DNA of 64,000 nt from a virus (IMGVR_UViG_3300037418_002142:4183-68182), one strand, 5' to 3'; shown: positions 10,402 through 20,572, numbered from the stretch's first letter. Translations and numbers: made by a program. The notes: a model not told the origin generated them from the letters alone.

Positions 10402-11376
10402 ATGAGCTTCCAGTGGACAACAGATGATCAGAATGTAACAGCCGATTCAGGTAACTACACCGCGTCCGGCTCGTACACACCGCAATTTCCAAACGTTCCC
10501 AACTTGCCTGGGGTGCCGCTGCTGAAGCGGATGCAGGTTACGCCGCCACTGATTCCATTGAGCAGCGCGGGCAGCGGTCACGGTTCTGCTGAGTCGCTTG
10601 CAGCGATCGCTACCGCTTCTTTGCTGCCAGGCGGCTCAATTGGCTCCATTGGTGCCGCAGAGGCGGTTGCCAGCGCGATGGGGTTGAAAGGAATCGTAGC
10701 GTTCGGCAATCGCTTGTACGCGGGCATAGAACTTGACAGTTTGACCGCTGGGCCATTGCCGCAGTATTCTATCGTAAACGCGAATTCCCAAGCTTCAAAA
10801 CTAGTACCGGATTCGGTTATCGAGGTTGATTTCGATGCCGATTCTGACATGATGACGCACCCTATTGAGGAGGGCGGGTTCGCAGCGTACAACAGAATGC
10901 AGAACCCAAAGCGCATACGCCTCTTGCTGGCGTGCCGTGGGCAGAATATGTCGCGCGCAGCGTTTCTATCGACGCTCGAGAGCCTTAAAAACGGTACGGA
11001 TCTGTCGACTATTGCTACCCCAGATGCTGCATACTCTAACATGGGGCTCAAGAATTACGGCTACAGGAAGAGCGCAGAAAGGGGCGCGATAACAATTTGG
11101 GCAGATACCGTGTGGCTAGAAGGATTGTCGAGTACCGTTACAATTACGGATGTTGGGGCCGCGCAGCCGCAAGGCGCTGCTACAAGTAACCTCGGCGCGA
11201 TACAACCTCAGACGCCATCGAGTTCGCAGGTCGCTGCTGTTTCTGCACCGCCTACAGTGCCGTCGCCATTGCCGGGCGGGGTCACAATTACGGCGACTCG
11301 TTTGCCAGGAGCGCCGCCTCCTGGCATACCGGCGCCGTTGATTGAAGTCATGCCTGCTTCGGGGTATGCGTTTTGA
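10402..11376 (+). CDS. Baseplate/tail initiator (Dit-like)
   Basis: HPIEEGGFAAYNRMQNP motif; follows tape measure; Pro-rich C-terminus. Confidence 0.7.
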   Translation: MSFQWTTDDQNVTADSGNYTASGSYTPQFPNVPNLPGVPLLKRMQVTPPLIPLSSAGSGHGSAESLAAIATASLLPGGSIGSIGAAEAVASAMGLKGIVAFGNRLYAGIELDSLTAGPLPQYSIVNANSQASKLVPDSVIEVDFDADSDMMTHPIEEGGFAAYNRMQNPKRIRLLLACRGQNMSRAAFLSTLESLKNGTDLSTIATPDAAYSNMGLKNYGYRKSAERGAITIWADTVWLEGLSSTVTITDVGAAQPQGAATSNLGAIQPQTPSSSQVAAVSAPPTVPSPLPGGVTITATRLPGAPPPGIPAPLIEVMPASGYAF

Positions 11377-11693
11377 GCGCGTCATCGTTTTATTTGCAGA
11401 TATTGCCGGTGCAGCCGAAGCCTTCGCAAGTCTTCGATGTGACACTCGGTACTCAAAATTGCGAAATGACGCTGCAACAAATGTCTACAGGGATGTTCAT
11501 GAGTATTTCTGTAGATGGTGTGTCTGTTATTTCCGGCCGCTACTGCGTCGACCGCGTGAACATGGTGCGCCAGAAATATCTAGGGTTTGGCGGAGCGCTA
11601 TACTTTGTAGACACTACGCAACAGGGCAGTGACCCATACTACAGCGGGCTTGGGTCAAGATATCTGTTAGTGTATGAATGGGACCTGCCGTAA
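11373..11693 (+). CDS. Small baseplate protein
   Basis: PSQVFDVTLG, LYFVDT and GLGSRYLLVY motifs. Confidence 0.75.
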   Translation: MSASSFYLQILPVQPKPSQVFDVTLGTQNCEMTLQQMSTGMFMSISVDGVSVISGRYCVDRVNMVRQKYLGFGGALYFVDTTQQGSDPYYSGLGSRYLLVYEWDLP

Positions 11694-12541
11694 TGGCATT
11701 CGTCGGACGTCAATTGCGATTCACGTTTTCTGGCGAGAACGTAGGTACGCTGGTCGCGTCAGGGTTGCGCGCTATAGCCAACATACAGGCATTTGGAGGG
11801 CCGTTGGGGGTTTCGGCGCAGGTGAAGATATTTGGGCTGACAGAAGCGCAGGTCAACAAGTATTCTTCAAGAATTTCCGCCGGCGTCGGCATAGAGCAGT
11901 TCAATCTCTCTATTGAAGCTGGCGATGTCGGCAGCGAATTATCTCAAGTTGTAAACGGCAACATATGGAGGTCGTTCCCAGACTTCCAGGCTGTGCCTGA
12001 ATCGTCGTTCAACGTGACAGTTGCTGGCATCATATACACGGCAACGAACCCGGTAGCCTCGCAGTCCCAGGCTGGTTCGCAAAACGCTGAAGATCTGATC
12101 GCGGCTACTTGCGCCAAAGCAGGGCTGACTCTGCGAAACAATGGCGCTCACGCCGTGCTGCGTAATCAGGCGACGTATGGTTCCGCCATAGACCAGATAG
12201 CGCGCATCGCACGCGCCGCTAGGTTTCAGTGGTCTATAACCGGCGACACGATTTACCTGTGGCCCGCCAACGGACAGCGCGACACTACGGTAATCACTGT
12301 CGGTCCAGATACTAGCCCTCGCATGGTAGGCTACCCCGCGTGGTGGGAAGCCGGCATAATTGTAACATCGGAGTTCAACCAGGAAGTGCAGGTTGGTCGC
12401 CGTATGAAAGTAATTTCTAGCATACCAAAAGCAGCCGGTATCTGGCAGATTGTGCAGGCGCAGCACGACCTTTCCACGATGCTAAGAAACGGTCCGTGGT
12501 TTACTACGGCTGTGCTGGCGCCGGTGGGGTTCACCGCATGA
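11693..12541 (+). CDS. Baseplate hub protein
   Basis: ATG overlaps the upstream TAA; EAGD, GMVGYP-like and N..VQVG motifs. Confidence 0.75.
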   Translation: MAFVGRQLRFTFSGENVGTLVASGLRAIANIQAFGGPLGVSAQVKIFGLTEAQVNKYSSRISAGVGIEQFNLSIEAGDVGSELSQVVNGNIWRSFPDFQAVPESSFNVTVAGIIYTATNPVASQSQAGSQNAEDLIAATCAKAGLTLRNNGAHAVLRNQATYGSAIDQIARIARAARFQWSITGDTIYLWPANGQRDTTVITVGPDTSPRMVGYPAWWEAGIIVTSEFNQEVQVGRRMKVISSIPKAAGIWQIVQAQHDLSTMLRNGPWFTTAVLAPVGFTA

Positions 12542-13218
12542 GTACCGCAGTTCCGAACTACACGCCAGGGGTGTTGGTAGCAGATGCGCTGCGCCAAGAG
12601 CTTCTGGTGCGCGCACTCTTGTCAGATGCGCGCTTCGCTGTGCCTGTTAAGGTTATCGCCGTGCATCCTGGCGATGGTTCGCCGCCTTCCATTGGCACCG
12701 TAGACGTACAGCCGCTCGTGCAGACAGTAGACGGCAGCGGCAATCTATGGGCGATCGATACGGTGTATGGTGCCCGGTTCACTCGCTGGCAATCCGGAGG
12801 TAGCGCGTTTATCGTAGATCCGACCGACGGTGACATTGGCATCGCGCTAGTATGCGATAGGGACATCACTGCCGTTATCGCTTCTGGTGGTCAGTTGAGT
12901 GGCCCAGGCTCGGCGCGCATGAATGACATCTCCGATCTGGTGTATCTTGGGTCCATCATCAGCGCAAAGGCAATCACACAGTACGTGCTGCAGAACGATA
13001 ACGGTATCACCGTATTATCGCCCGGCACTATAACGATACAGGGGGCACAAATAAATTTAAAGGGACCGATCAACGCCAACGGTGCCGAGATAAGCGAAGC
13101 TGGCGAAGTTACGGACGCGGCTGGCAAGGTGCTAGGCACGCATGATCACTTGCCCGGCACTTACGTCGCGCCGAGCGGCGGCGGCCCGGTCACGGGCAAC
13201 TCCGGAGCACCCGTATGA
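12538..13218 (+). CDS. Baseplate central spike (gp138/gpV-like)
   Basis: VDVQPL, DP..GDIG..LVCDRDI and C-terminal HDH iron-binding motif. Confidence 0.85.
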   Translation: MSTAVPNYTPGVLVADALRQELLVRALLSDARFAVPVKVIAVHPGDGSPPSIGTVDVQPLVQTVDGSGNLWAIDTVYGARFTRWQSGGSAFIVDPTDGDIGIALVCDRDITAVIASGGQLSGPGSARMNDISDLVYLGSIISAKAITQYVLQNDNGITVLSPGTITIQGAQINLKGPINANGAEISEAGEVTDAAGKVLGTHDHLPGTYVAPSGGGPVTGNSGAPV

Positions 13219-13577
13219 TCAATCACACAACTTTGCTGCTCGATCAAGGAACATGGGATCTTTGCCTCGATGCGATGGGCAACATGGCAGTCGCATCAGC
13301 GCCCTACGCCGTGGCACAGGACTTGGCGTCGCAGTTCAAAACCTTCCTCGGAGAGTGCTGGTACGACAACGCGCAAGGTATGCCGTACTGGCAGCAGATT
13401 ATGGGGCAGCTACCACCGGCGTCGCTTATTGTAGCGGCGTTCGAAGCGCAAGCCGTGCTCGTGCCCGACATAGCGTCAGCGGTGGCCTCCATTGGCGGCG
13501 TCGATTCTACTCGAGACATGCTAGGACAGGTAATCGCCACTGACACTGACGGAAATCAGTACGGGTTTGTATTATGA
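13215..13577 (+). CDS. Baseplate wedge initiator (gp25-like)
   Basis: WDL.LD..GN.A, AQD......TFLGECWYD..QGMPY motifs. Confidence 0.8.
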   Translation: MINHTTLLLDQGTWDLCLDAMGNMAVASAPYAVAQDLASQFKTFLGECWYDNAQGMPYWQQIMGQLPPASLIVAAFEAQAVLVPDIASAVASIGGVDSTRDMLGQVIATDTDGNQYGFVL

Positions 13578-15052
13578 GCACTAATGTTCCGCCGATTACA
13601 TGGACCAATGGAATGCCCGTGGTGCCCACAGAGCAGGAAGTGCTCGCCGGGCGAGTAGCTGATTTTGTGCAAGCGTTCGGCGGAGGACTCAACACTTCGC
13701 CGACTACAGCGCAAGGACAGCTCGCGGCTTCTGACACGGCCATCATTGGCGACAAGAATGCCAACATCGCGCTGGTCGCCAGTATGGTTGATCCTGACCA
13801 AGCCGAAGGCGCTTGGCAGGACGCGATAGGCGCTATCTACTTTTTAGAACGCATCGCCGCGGCCGGTTCGGTCAAGACGGTAACATGCATCGGCGGCGTT
13901 GACGTAGAGATACCGGCTGGTTCCATCATAAAGGACCCCAGCGGGTACTCGTGGGCCGCCACTGGACTGATAACCATAGGGTCCAACGGCCAAGCGGTGG
14001 GCACGTTTCAATGCCAGACCACGGGACCAATTTCGTGGCCCGCTAATACGCCATGCACTATCGTTTCTTCGGTCAACGGGTGGGATCAAGCGGTCAGTTC
14101 GTCGGATGCGGTGCTGGGCAACGTAGTAGAGTCTCGCGCGCAGTTCGAGAACCGGCGCCGCAATTCTGTCGCCATTAATTCTCACGGTTCGACCGCATCG
14201 ATACTCGGCAACGTGCTGGCAGTAGCCAACGTGCTATCCGCCTACGTGGTGGACAACCCCAGCGGCACTGCGATCACAGTTGGCCCCACCAACTATTCGG
14301 TGGCGCCGCATTCCGTCGTGGTCAGCGTGTATGGTGGGCTGGCATCCGCGGTTGCAGAAGCTATCTGGGCCGCGAAGGATGCCGGGTGCGGGTACAACGG
14401 TAACACGTCGTACACGGTGTACGACACGTCGTACCCGGTGGGGCAGCAGCCGTCGTACCCCGTAACGTGGCTGACACCTACGCCGGTTCCGGTGTACTTC
14501 GTAGTGACACTCGGGGCCAACTCGCAGTTGCCCGCTGCGATCACAAGCGACGTGCAGACCGCTGTCGTAGACACGTTCACCGGGGAAGATGGCAGCGTCC
14601 CAGCCGGCGTTTACTCCACTATATCGGCTAGCCGCTACTATGCCGGCATCAATGCGATCGACACTTCGGTAGACATCGTTTCAGTGTTCGTTGGCACGAG
14701 TACGACAGCCGTGACCAATGAGAGCATCGCCACTGCCAATGGCACGACGGCGACGTTCACGCATACTGTGGCGCACTTGTACCCGATACCGGGCACGGTC
14801 AGCGTCACGGCGGGCAGCGTCACTGGAACCGATGACGGCAATGGCAACATCATCGGTGCTGGCATAGCGGCCGGCTCTACAATCAATTATGTGACCGGTG
14901 CGCTTAGCGTTACGTTCACGGCAGATCCTGCCAACGGCACAGCCGTTACTACTAGCTACACGTACACTAACCCGAATACGACGGTGCAGGCGATGGGCAT
15001 CGATCAGGTGCCAACGCTGTCTTCAAAGAACGTGGTTGTCGTGGTGCAGTGA
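13574..15052 (+). CDS. Baseplate J-like wedge protein with C-terminal inserted domain
   Basis: TAQGQLA, DPDQAEGAWQDAIG.IYFLER, G..VESRAQFENRRR motifs. Confidence 0.88.
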   Translation: MSTNVPPITWTNGMPVVPTEQEVLAGRVADFVQAFGGGLNTSPTTAQGQLAASDTAIIGDKNANIALVASMVDPDQAEGAWQDAIGAIYFLERIAAAGSVKTVTCIGGVDVEIPAGSIIKDPSGYSWAATGLITIGSNGQAVGTFQCQTTGPISWPANTPCTIVSSVNGWDQAVSSSDAVLGNVVESRAQFENRRRNSVAINSHGSTASILGNVLAVANVLSAYVVDNPSGTAITVGPTNYSVAPHSVVVSVYGGLASAVAEAIWAAKDAGCGYNGNTSYTVYDTSYPVGQQPSYPVTWLTPTPVPVYFVVTLGANSQLPAAITSDVQTAVVDTFTGEDGSVPAGVYSTISASRYYAGINAIDTSVDIVSVFVGTSTTAVTNESIATANGTTATFTHTVAHLYPIPGTVSVTAGSVTGTDDGNGNIIGAGIAAGSTINYVTGALSVTFTADPANGTAVTTSYTYTNPNTTVQAMGIDQVPTLSSKNVVVVVQ

Positions 15053-15582
15053 TGCAGGACTGGGACGAAACGCTGCTGTCACAGTATGCGAACAGCCCAA
15101 TAATAAACGCGCTGATCGAATCATTCAATGACGCCATGGACCCGGCTGCCGACATAGCGGCGTTTCAACGATATGTGTGGAACGTCAACTCCGCGGTTGG
15201 CGACGGGCTGAAGATCTGGGGCAAGATCATAGGAGTATCGCCCAACATTCCGAACTACACGGAAGTTCTGACGGATGAAGACTACCGGCTGCTGATCTTG
15301 GTAAAGGCCGCCGCCAACATTGGCAATGTCACGATACCAACGCTGAACAAGCTGCTGTCACAAATTTTCACCAGCAGTAGTGGCACGGTGTATGTTCAGG
15401 ACAACCTGAACATGACGATAACCTACGTGTTCAGCTTTGGCCTGACGGCTTCGCAGATAGCGATCGTAGAGAACTCCGGGGTGGTGCCGCGCCCCGCCGG
15501 CGTGGAAGTGCTATTGAGCATACCGGGCCAGCTCTTCGAAGTAACGAACAACGTGGCGACAGCGCTATTCACTCCGATATAA
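15049..15582 (+). CDS. Baseplate wedge protein (DUF2612-like)
   Basis: LLSQYANSP, A.GDGLKIWGKIIG, YRLLI..KA..NI and PRPAGV motifs. Confidence 0.85.
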   Translation: MMQDWDETLLSQYANSPIINALIESFNDAMDPAADIAAFQRYVWNVNSAVGDGLKIWGKIIGVSPNIPNYTEVLTDEDYRLLILVKAAANIGNVTIPTLNKLLSQIFTSSSGTVYVQDNLNMTITYVFSFGLTASQIAIVENSGVVPRPAGVEVLLSIPGQLFEVTNNVATALFTPI

Positions 15583-15591
15583 GGTGCCCAA

Positions 15592-16449
15592 ATGGATCGT
15601 ATCTTTGAGCAGAATCCGTCAGTAACTCCGCCGACGCTGCCGTCGCCGCAGTTGCTTGGGTACCCAACGGAAACGGGCACCCCCACCACTCCTGGCGCGT
15701 GGTGGTTTTACATGATCACTGAAGAACTGCGCGCCGCCGTCGTAGCGGGTGGCATCACGCCTGACGCTGGTGCGGTGAACCAGTTGTCGCTTGCGATAAC
15801 CGCGATCGTAGGCAACGGGCTAACCGGCTACGCCACGCAAGCATGGGTGACGTCGCAGAATTACGCGACAGTCACCTATTCTTCAAACGCGTCGAACCTG
15901 AGCAACGGCACGATACCGAACGCGAGGCTGCCGGCCAACATCGCCGTGCCCGGTACTGTCAGCGCCGGGGCCACCTCCTACGCCACGGCGAACGGCGACC
16001 TGTCGGCTTCGCGCGGAAGTAGCGGTGGCAGCGGTGTCGTGTATCTCGGTTCTAACAGCACGTATCTATACTTCAGTGGCACCGCTTACACCATGCCCGG
16101 CTATCCGGTGCAAGCGTCCGGGTTTCAAGTCACTTCTGACGAGCGCTTGAAACAGCGCATAGAAATAATACCGGACGCGTTGGAGAAGATATGCCAGCTA
16201 CGCGGCGTCACTTTCGAGTGGCGTAAAGGCGGGCGCCAGTCCGCCGGGGTCATAGCGCAGGAAGTGCAGCGAGTGTTACCACGGGCCGTGACGAAGCAGG
16301 AACGACTGGATGGTAACAGACAAGGTCATTTGGCAGTGGACCACGCCGCCATGATTGGGCTGTTAGTGGCCGCTTTGAAGGAGGAGCGCGACTTGCGCGT
16401 GGCTCTCGAAAAGCGCGTAGCAAGACTCGAGGCCCGCGGAGTCATCTGA
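15592..16449 (+). CDS. Short tail fibre with C-terminal intramolecular chaperone (peptidase S74-like)
   Basis: T.PGAWWFYMITEELR N-terminal anchor; SDERLK..I...L.G..F.W...GVIAQEV chaperone. Confidence 0.85.
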   Translation: MDRIFEQNPSVTPPTLPSPQLLGYPTETGTPTTPGAWWFYMITEELRAAVVAGGITPDAGAVNQLSLAITAIVGNGLTGYATQAWVTSQNYATVTYSSNASNLSNGTIPNARLPANIAVPGTVSAGATSYATANGDLSASRGSSGGSGVVYLGSNSTYLYFSGTAYTMPGYPVQASGFQVTSDERLKQRIEIIPDALEKICQLRGVTFEWRKGGRQSAGVIAQEVQRVLPRAVTKQERLDGNRQGHLAVDHAAMIGLLVAALKEERDLRVALEKRVARLEARGVI

Positions 16450-17336
16450 TGGCCTCCGGCTTCATAACCTCCAACGGTACGGATCTAGATAGCATATTCG
16501 CGCCGCGCTACTCCGGCTGGCCGCAAGCGGCGGCCACGGAATTTGTGACGGGCGGCAGCGACTTGAACACGCGCTACGCGCCGCTGTCCTCCGGTAGCGC
16601 GTCTTCATTAACTGCATTCCGGCTTGCTAGCGGTGCAGATCTTAACACGGTGTTCGCCGCGTATGGTACAACCGGAGTGCGCGTTGGCACGCAGCCCAGC
16701 GCCGTTTCCGGATCTCAGGCGGCCGGGCATCCTTCCGGTACTGTCACCAGCAACGCGACAACGTGCGCCGGCGCCGGTGGCAGTGGCTCTTACACGTATA
16801 CCTGGATCTGTTCCGGGTGTACCGCCAATAGTCCGCACAGCCAAACCACTACGTTTTCCGCAACTGTGAACGCTGCGAGTACGGTCAACGCCACCGCTTA
16901 CTGTCAAATTTCTGACGGCGTGACTTCTACGAATACCGGTACGATACCGGTTACGCTGCAGAATACGAGCGCCGCATCCTGGAACTTCACGATCACCGCC
17001 GGGACGTGGACCAATATTGTCGGATATCAGCCCACAGAAGGCGCTGGGAGCATCACCGGGGGAACCGACGGGCCGCTCACGATCTTCGCTATATGGGACG
17101 TCGTAAATCTCGGAAACTCATTCATCGAGATTAGCGGGTTCACATCCGACCCCGGCAAGACCTCGCTCACGTCTGTCGTGGCAAACGGAGTCACCAAACT
17201 CGGATCCAGCGCAATTTATAGCTACAACTCCTCTTCAGGCGTTGCTACTTGGGAATGGCAAGGTCCTGGGAATGTCTTTGGATTCGTGAACGGCTCCGTG
17301 TACCCCGTCGTCGTGACGGCCAGCTTCACAGGCTAA
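16449..17336 (+). CDS. Putative fibre-tip adhesin/receptor-binding protein
   Basis: Three G.DL...(F/Y)A repeats at the N-terminus, then Thr/Ser/Gly-rich beta domains; coupled to the fibre gene. Confidence 0.6.
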   Translation: MASGFITSNGTDLDSIFAPRYSGWPQAAATEFVTGGSDLNTRYAPLSSGSASSLTAFRLASGADLNTVFAAYGTTGVRVGTQPSAVSGSQAAGHPSGTVTSNATTCAGAGGSGSYTYTWICSGCTANSPHSQTTTFSATVNAASTVNATAYCQISDGVTSTNTGTIPVTLQNTSAASWNFTITAGTWTNIVGYQPTEGAGSITGGTDGPLTIFAIWDVVNLGNSFIEISGFTSDPGKTSLTSVVANGVTKLGSSAIYSYNSSSGVATWEWQGPGNVFGFVNGSVYPVVVTASFTG

Positions 17337-17349
17337 AGGTGGCGCTGTA

Positions 17350-17577
17350 ATGACCGATATATCTCGCTCGCTTGGAAATCTGGAAGCCAGAATGGGAGAA
17401 CACGAAAAACGCCTCGACAGGCTGGACGAGAAGGTGGACGCCGGGTTTGCAGGCATAAACCGCAAGTTGGATGCGCTCGGCGCAGCCGAAAATCAACGCA
17501 AGGGGGCCATGTGGCTGTTGCGGTTCTTTATCGGCGGTGCCGGGCTAGCTGGTCTCTATAGGTGGTGGCACGGATGA
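17350..17577 (+). CDS. Holin-like/XhlA-like protein
   Basis: N-terminal coiled coil plus one C-terminal hydrophobic helix; overlaps the endolysin start. Confidence 0.55.
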   Translation: MTDISRSLGNLEARMGEHEKRLDRLDEKVDAGFAGINRKLDALGAAENQRKGAMWLLRFFIGGAGLAGLYRWWHG

Positions 17578-18017
17578 GCAACGCATCCGACATCTGCGCG
17601 GCGCGCATTATACGCTACAACGAAGAAGGCTTTCGCGCCGACGTGTACGACGACGCGACTGGCGAACTCATCGTATGCAAAGGACAGCCGACCGTGGGCT
17701 ACGGCTGCCGTGTGCGGCAGTGGAGCCGTAAGTTGGCGCGCGGAGTTCTATCTTTGCAGCTCGAAGAGTTTGAGGAGCCGCTGCTTGACGAGCCGTGGTA
17801 CGTGGGCTGTAACGACGTGCGGCGCTCAGCGCTGCTCGAGATCGCAATGAACCAGGGTGACGACGGGCTGGAGGACGGCTACCCGGAGTTAGTAGCCGCT
17901 GTAAAGTCGGGAAATTGGGCGAGGGCGCAGGCGCAGTGTACGGTTAAGGAGGACGCGGTGAAGCCGCGTTACGCGCGCATTGGTCGTATATTAGCGAGCG
18001 GGGTAGACGCACCGTGA
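17574..18017 (+). CDS. Endolysin, T4-lysozyme-like (GH24)
   Basis: EEGFRADVYDDATG...PTVGYG catalytic E/D/T pattern; R.SAL..IA.NQG. Confidence 0.8.
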   Translation: MSNASDICAARIIRYNEEGFRADVYDDATGELIVCKGQPTVGYGCRVRQWSRKLARGVLSLQLEEFEEPLLDEPWYVGCNDVRRSALLEIAMNQGDDGLEDGYPELVAAVKSGNWARAQAQCTVKEDAVKPRYARIGRILASGVDAP

Positions 18018-18322
18018 ACAACGAATCGGCTGTCATGCGACGCGTACCGGCACCGCCGGACGGGGTGTGGGGCGCGTATTCGCTAAACGTTGGAGACTAC
18101 TTTTTCAGCACTGACGAGAAGGGCCAGCGCTTCTTCACGTGTATGCTGCCGGGCGGCACGTCTTGCAGCATACCGCTACGGCCGGTTGTAACACCGGGCC
18201 TGAACGGTGGGCATTACTGGGACTGGGACGGCAACGAGGAAAAGCCCACGCTGATGCCGAGCATCAACGCTGTCGGCCGCTGGCACGGCTGGGTGAAAGC
18301 CGGGCGCATGGTGAGCTGTTGA
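18014..18322 (+). CDS. DUF6527-like protein
   Basis: W.WDGN.EKPTL.PSI...WHGWV..G motif. Confidence 0.75.
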   Translation: MNNESAVMRRVPAPPDGVWGAYSLNVGDYFFSTDEKGQRFFTCMLPGGTSCSIPLRPVVTPGLNGGHYWDWDGNEEKPTLMPSINAVGRWHGWVKAGRMVSC

Positions 18323-18615
18323 TGCAGATGGAGCCGCTCGCCAATGCCGTGGATATCGGAAGCGGCCACAAGATTTCGTTTGCCGAGTATCAAGGCGAAG
18401 TAGCTGGTATAACCGATTGGCATCGCAAGCCTGATGGCGCGTGGTGCTGCGGGTGGGTAGCGTTCAAAGGATCGAAATGGGAAAAAAGTTTTCCACAAGG
18501 GATCGCAGCGTGGAATGTTACGCAGCGCGAACCACTCACGCTGTCACCATCGCTGCTTTGTCGCGCGTGCGGTGACCACGGGTTCATAACCAACGGTAGG
18601 TGGATAAAGGCATGA
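18322..18615 (+). CDS. Second DUF6527-like protein
   Basis: PLTLSPSLLC..CGDHGFITNGRW motif; ATG overlaps the upstream TGA. Confidence 0.7.
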   Translation: MQMEPLANAVDIGSGHKISFAEYQGEVAGITDWHRKPDGAWCCGWVAFKGSKWEKSFPQGIAAWNVTQREPLTLSPSLLCRACGDHGFITNGRWIKA

Positions 18616-18854
18616 ATGACTCTGACAAGCAAGCCGTAAACAACCGGCTGCTCGTTACGCTGGCCGGGGCTATCGTATCGCCGTGGCTCGACCGACGATT
18701 TGGAATTACGTTGAGTCCGCTGGATACGGCAGTGCTGATATTGCTGGCGTACCACTATGCGGCAGCAGCGGCAAAGAAAGCCGTTGCGGCGTTCGTGTTG
18801 TACTACCCGCCCAAAGTCCCAAACCAACCGGGGCCGACCGCCCCAAAGGCATGA
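18612..18854 (+). CDS. Small membrane protein (alternative holin candidate)
   Basis: Two hydrophobic segments; ATGA-coupled to neighbours. Confidence 0.5.
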   Translation: MNDSDKQAVNNRLLVTLAGAIVSPWLDRRFGITLSPLDTAVLILLAYHYAAAAAKKAVAAFVLYYPPKVPNQPGPTAPKA

Positions 18855-19258
18855 AGATGACAATCGCAAATCTCGTACCGATCGAGCAGTATACCGCGCA
18901 GCTCGCCGCCGCGCTGATCATTTCGCAAGGTCAGGATGGCGATGCGCAGAAAATTCTGCCACGCGCGCAAGCGGCGCTTACTTGGGGCAACGCACTGGCC
19001 GAGGTGGCCGCTGGCGACGTGACCGCTGCGCTGGCCGCCGCGACCGCCGCGCTGCAGAAGCCGGGTATGGACCCAGCCGTGGCCGCGTCGCTTCAGCAGC
19101 TTCTGTCTGTTGGCTTTGCGCAGCTCCAGCTCGCCGAGAACGTGAAGGCGTTGGTGCCGCTGTTCGGCGTGACCGCCGCTGCGGTGATCGACAATATCTC
19201 GAAGGGGGTGATTACCGCCGCGAATATCGAGATCGCCAACTACGCACCGAAGGCGTGA
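18851..19258 (+). CDS. Hypothetical Ala-rich helical protein
   Basis: ATGA overlap with the upstream gene; typical codon usage. Confidence 0.55.
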   Translation: MKMTIANLVPIEQYTAQLAAALIISQGQDGDAQKILPRAQAALTWGNALAEVAAGDVTAALAAATAALQKPGMDPAVAASLQQLLSVGFAQLQLAENVKALVPLFGVTAAAVIDNISKGVITAANIEIANYAPKA

Positions 19259-19262
19259 ACCA

Positions 19263-19556
19263 ATGAGCTACTCGTTCAATGTGAAGGGTGCGACGCCAGC
19301 AGTCGCACTCGAGCTGGCCGCTGCGGAAATGGCGAAGGTAGTGGCGTCGCAGCCGTGCCACGCGCAGGATCAAGCGCAGGCGCTCGCCGCCGCCAAGGCC
19401 GTCATGGAACCGCTGATAACCGACGACTCGAAAGACGTTTCGCTTTCAGTCACCGGCTCAGTTACGTGGGGTCCGCCCTACACTATCGAACCGGGCAAGG
19501 AAAAGATCGTGGCTTGCACGATCAGCGTGGCCGCATCGTTGGTCCCGCGCGCATGA
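19263..19556 (+). CDS. Hypothetical protein
   Basis: Compact ORF in the operon (MSYSFNVKG). Confidence 0.55.
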   Translation: MSYSFNVKGATPAVALELAAAEMAKVVASQPCHAQDQAQALAAAKAVMEPLITDDSKDVSLSVTGSVTWGPPYTIEPGKEKIVACTISVAASLVPRA

Positions 19557-19717
19557 AGCTCTGGACCATCGTAGGCGCAGTGCTGCTTTTGGCAGGCTGC
19601 GCCGCGCCGAGTCAGCAACTGGCGCACGATAAGTGCCAGGGGCATTGGCAGGTGATCACGGCTCAGGTCAACGGCAAGACAATCTACAGCGCGGCGTGCG
19701 CACCATCCAGTAAGTAA
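19553..19717 (+). CDS. Small lipoprotein (o-spanin-like or exclusion lipoprotein)
   Basis: MKLWTIVGAVLLLAGC lipobox; two further Cys residues. Confidence 0.65.
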   Translation: MKLWTIVGAVLLLAGCAAPSQQLAHDKCQGHWQVITAQVNGKTIYSAACAPSSK

Positions 19718-19807
19718 TCGTACGGAGGACATCATGATTCGCAAGTTATTCTTTACGACGATGTCACAACCTGCGGTCGTGATGTCCTACCCGTCGGAGG
19801 CAGCACG

Positions 19808-20572
19808 ATGAAGTGGGGTTGTCTACGGCGTGCGGTAAACCCAAGCGTCCCGCACTGGTCTGCGCTCAAGATGCTTGCGGACCCGATAGTCGTACCAACT
19901 TCGTGCGACTACACCGCCAAGCTACCCAGCGACCTGGGCATGATGCTCAACAACCGTCTCGGCGATTGCGCCGAAGCCGGGTACGCGCATGCGTTGCAGG
20001 TGTGGTCAGTAGCGTCGGGCAAGCCTATCTTGACGATGCCGGATTCGTCAGTGGAAGCGCTGTATGGTACACAAGGCTACGTGCCTGGCAACCCCAGCAC
20101 GGATCAAGGCACCGTTCTGCAGTCACTGTTATCGTACCTTGTGCAGACTGCGGCTCCAGCAGGCGGCATGCCGAAGCTGGCGGCGTTCGTCGAAATCGAC
20201 CCTACCAACGATGCGGACTTGGATCGCGCGACGTACGAAAGCGGTCTGATCTACATTGGCATGAACGTTCCGGCTTACGCCGAGGGCGTTCTCGACACGC
20301 TGGGGTCGACGCTCGATGTCAACCCGAGTGGAAATCAAGCATCGGTGGGCGGGCACTGCGTCATTTCGGCAGGGTACACCCCCGGATTACGCAAGTTCAT
20401 TTCGTATGGGTGCGCCACCTACGCGATGACGAAGGCTTATTGGCTCCAGAACGTGTACGAGTGCTACGCGCTCGTTAGTGAAGAGTTCTGTGACGCCACC
20501 GGTAAAACGCCGCTGAACATTGATATCGCAGATTGGGATTCGCAGATGAACGCAATACGAGGTGTCGCGTGA
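19808..20572 (+). CDS. Papain-like cysteine peptidase
   Basis: N..LGDCAEAG nucleophile region, TDQG, GGHCV...GY His motif. Confidence 0.7.
   Translation: MKWGCLRRAVNPSVPHWSALKMLADPIVVPTSCDYTAKLPSDLGMMLNNRLGDCAEAGYAHALQVWSVASGKPILTMPDSSVEALYGTQGYVPGNPSTDQGTVLQSLLSYLVQTAAPAGGMPKLAAFVEIDPTNDADLDRATYESGLIYIGMNVPAYAEGVLDTLGSTLDVNPSGNQASVGGHCVISAGYTPGLRKFISYGCATYAMTKAYWLQNVYECYALVSEEFCDATGKTPLNIDIADWDSQMNAIRGVA

Noticed and set aside
18014-18615. Ammonia monooxygenase subunits (a label sometimes given to such ORFs)
   Set aside because: They are short soluble proteins with no transmembrane segments or AMO motifs.
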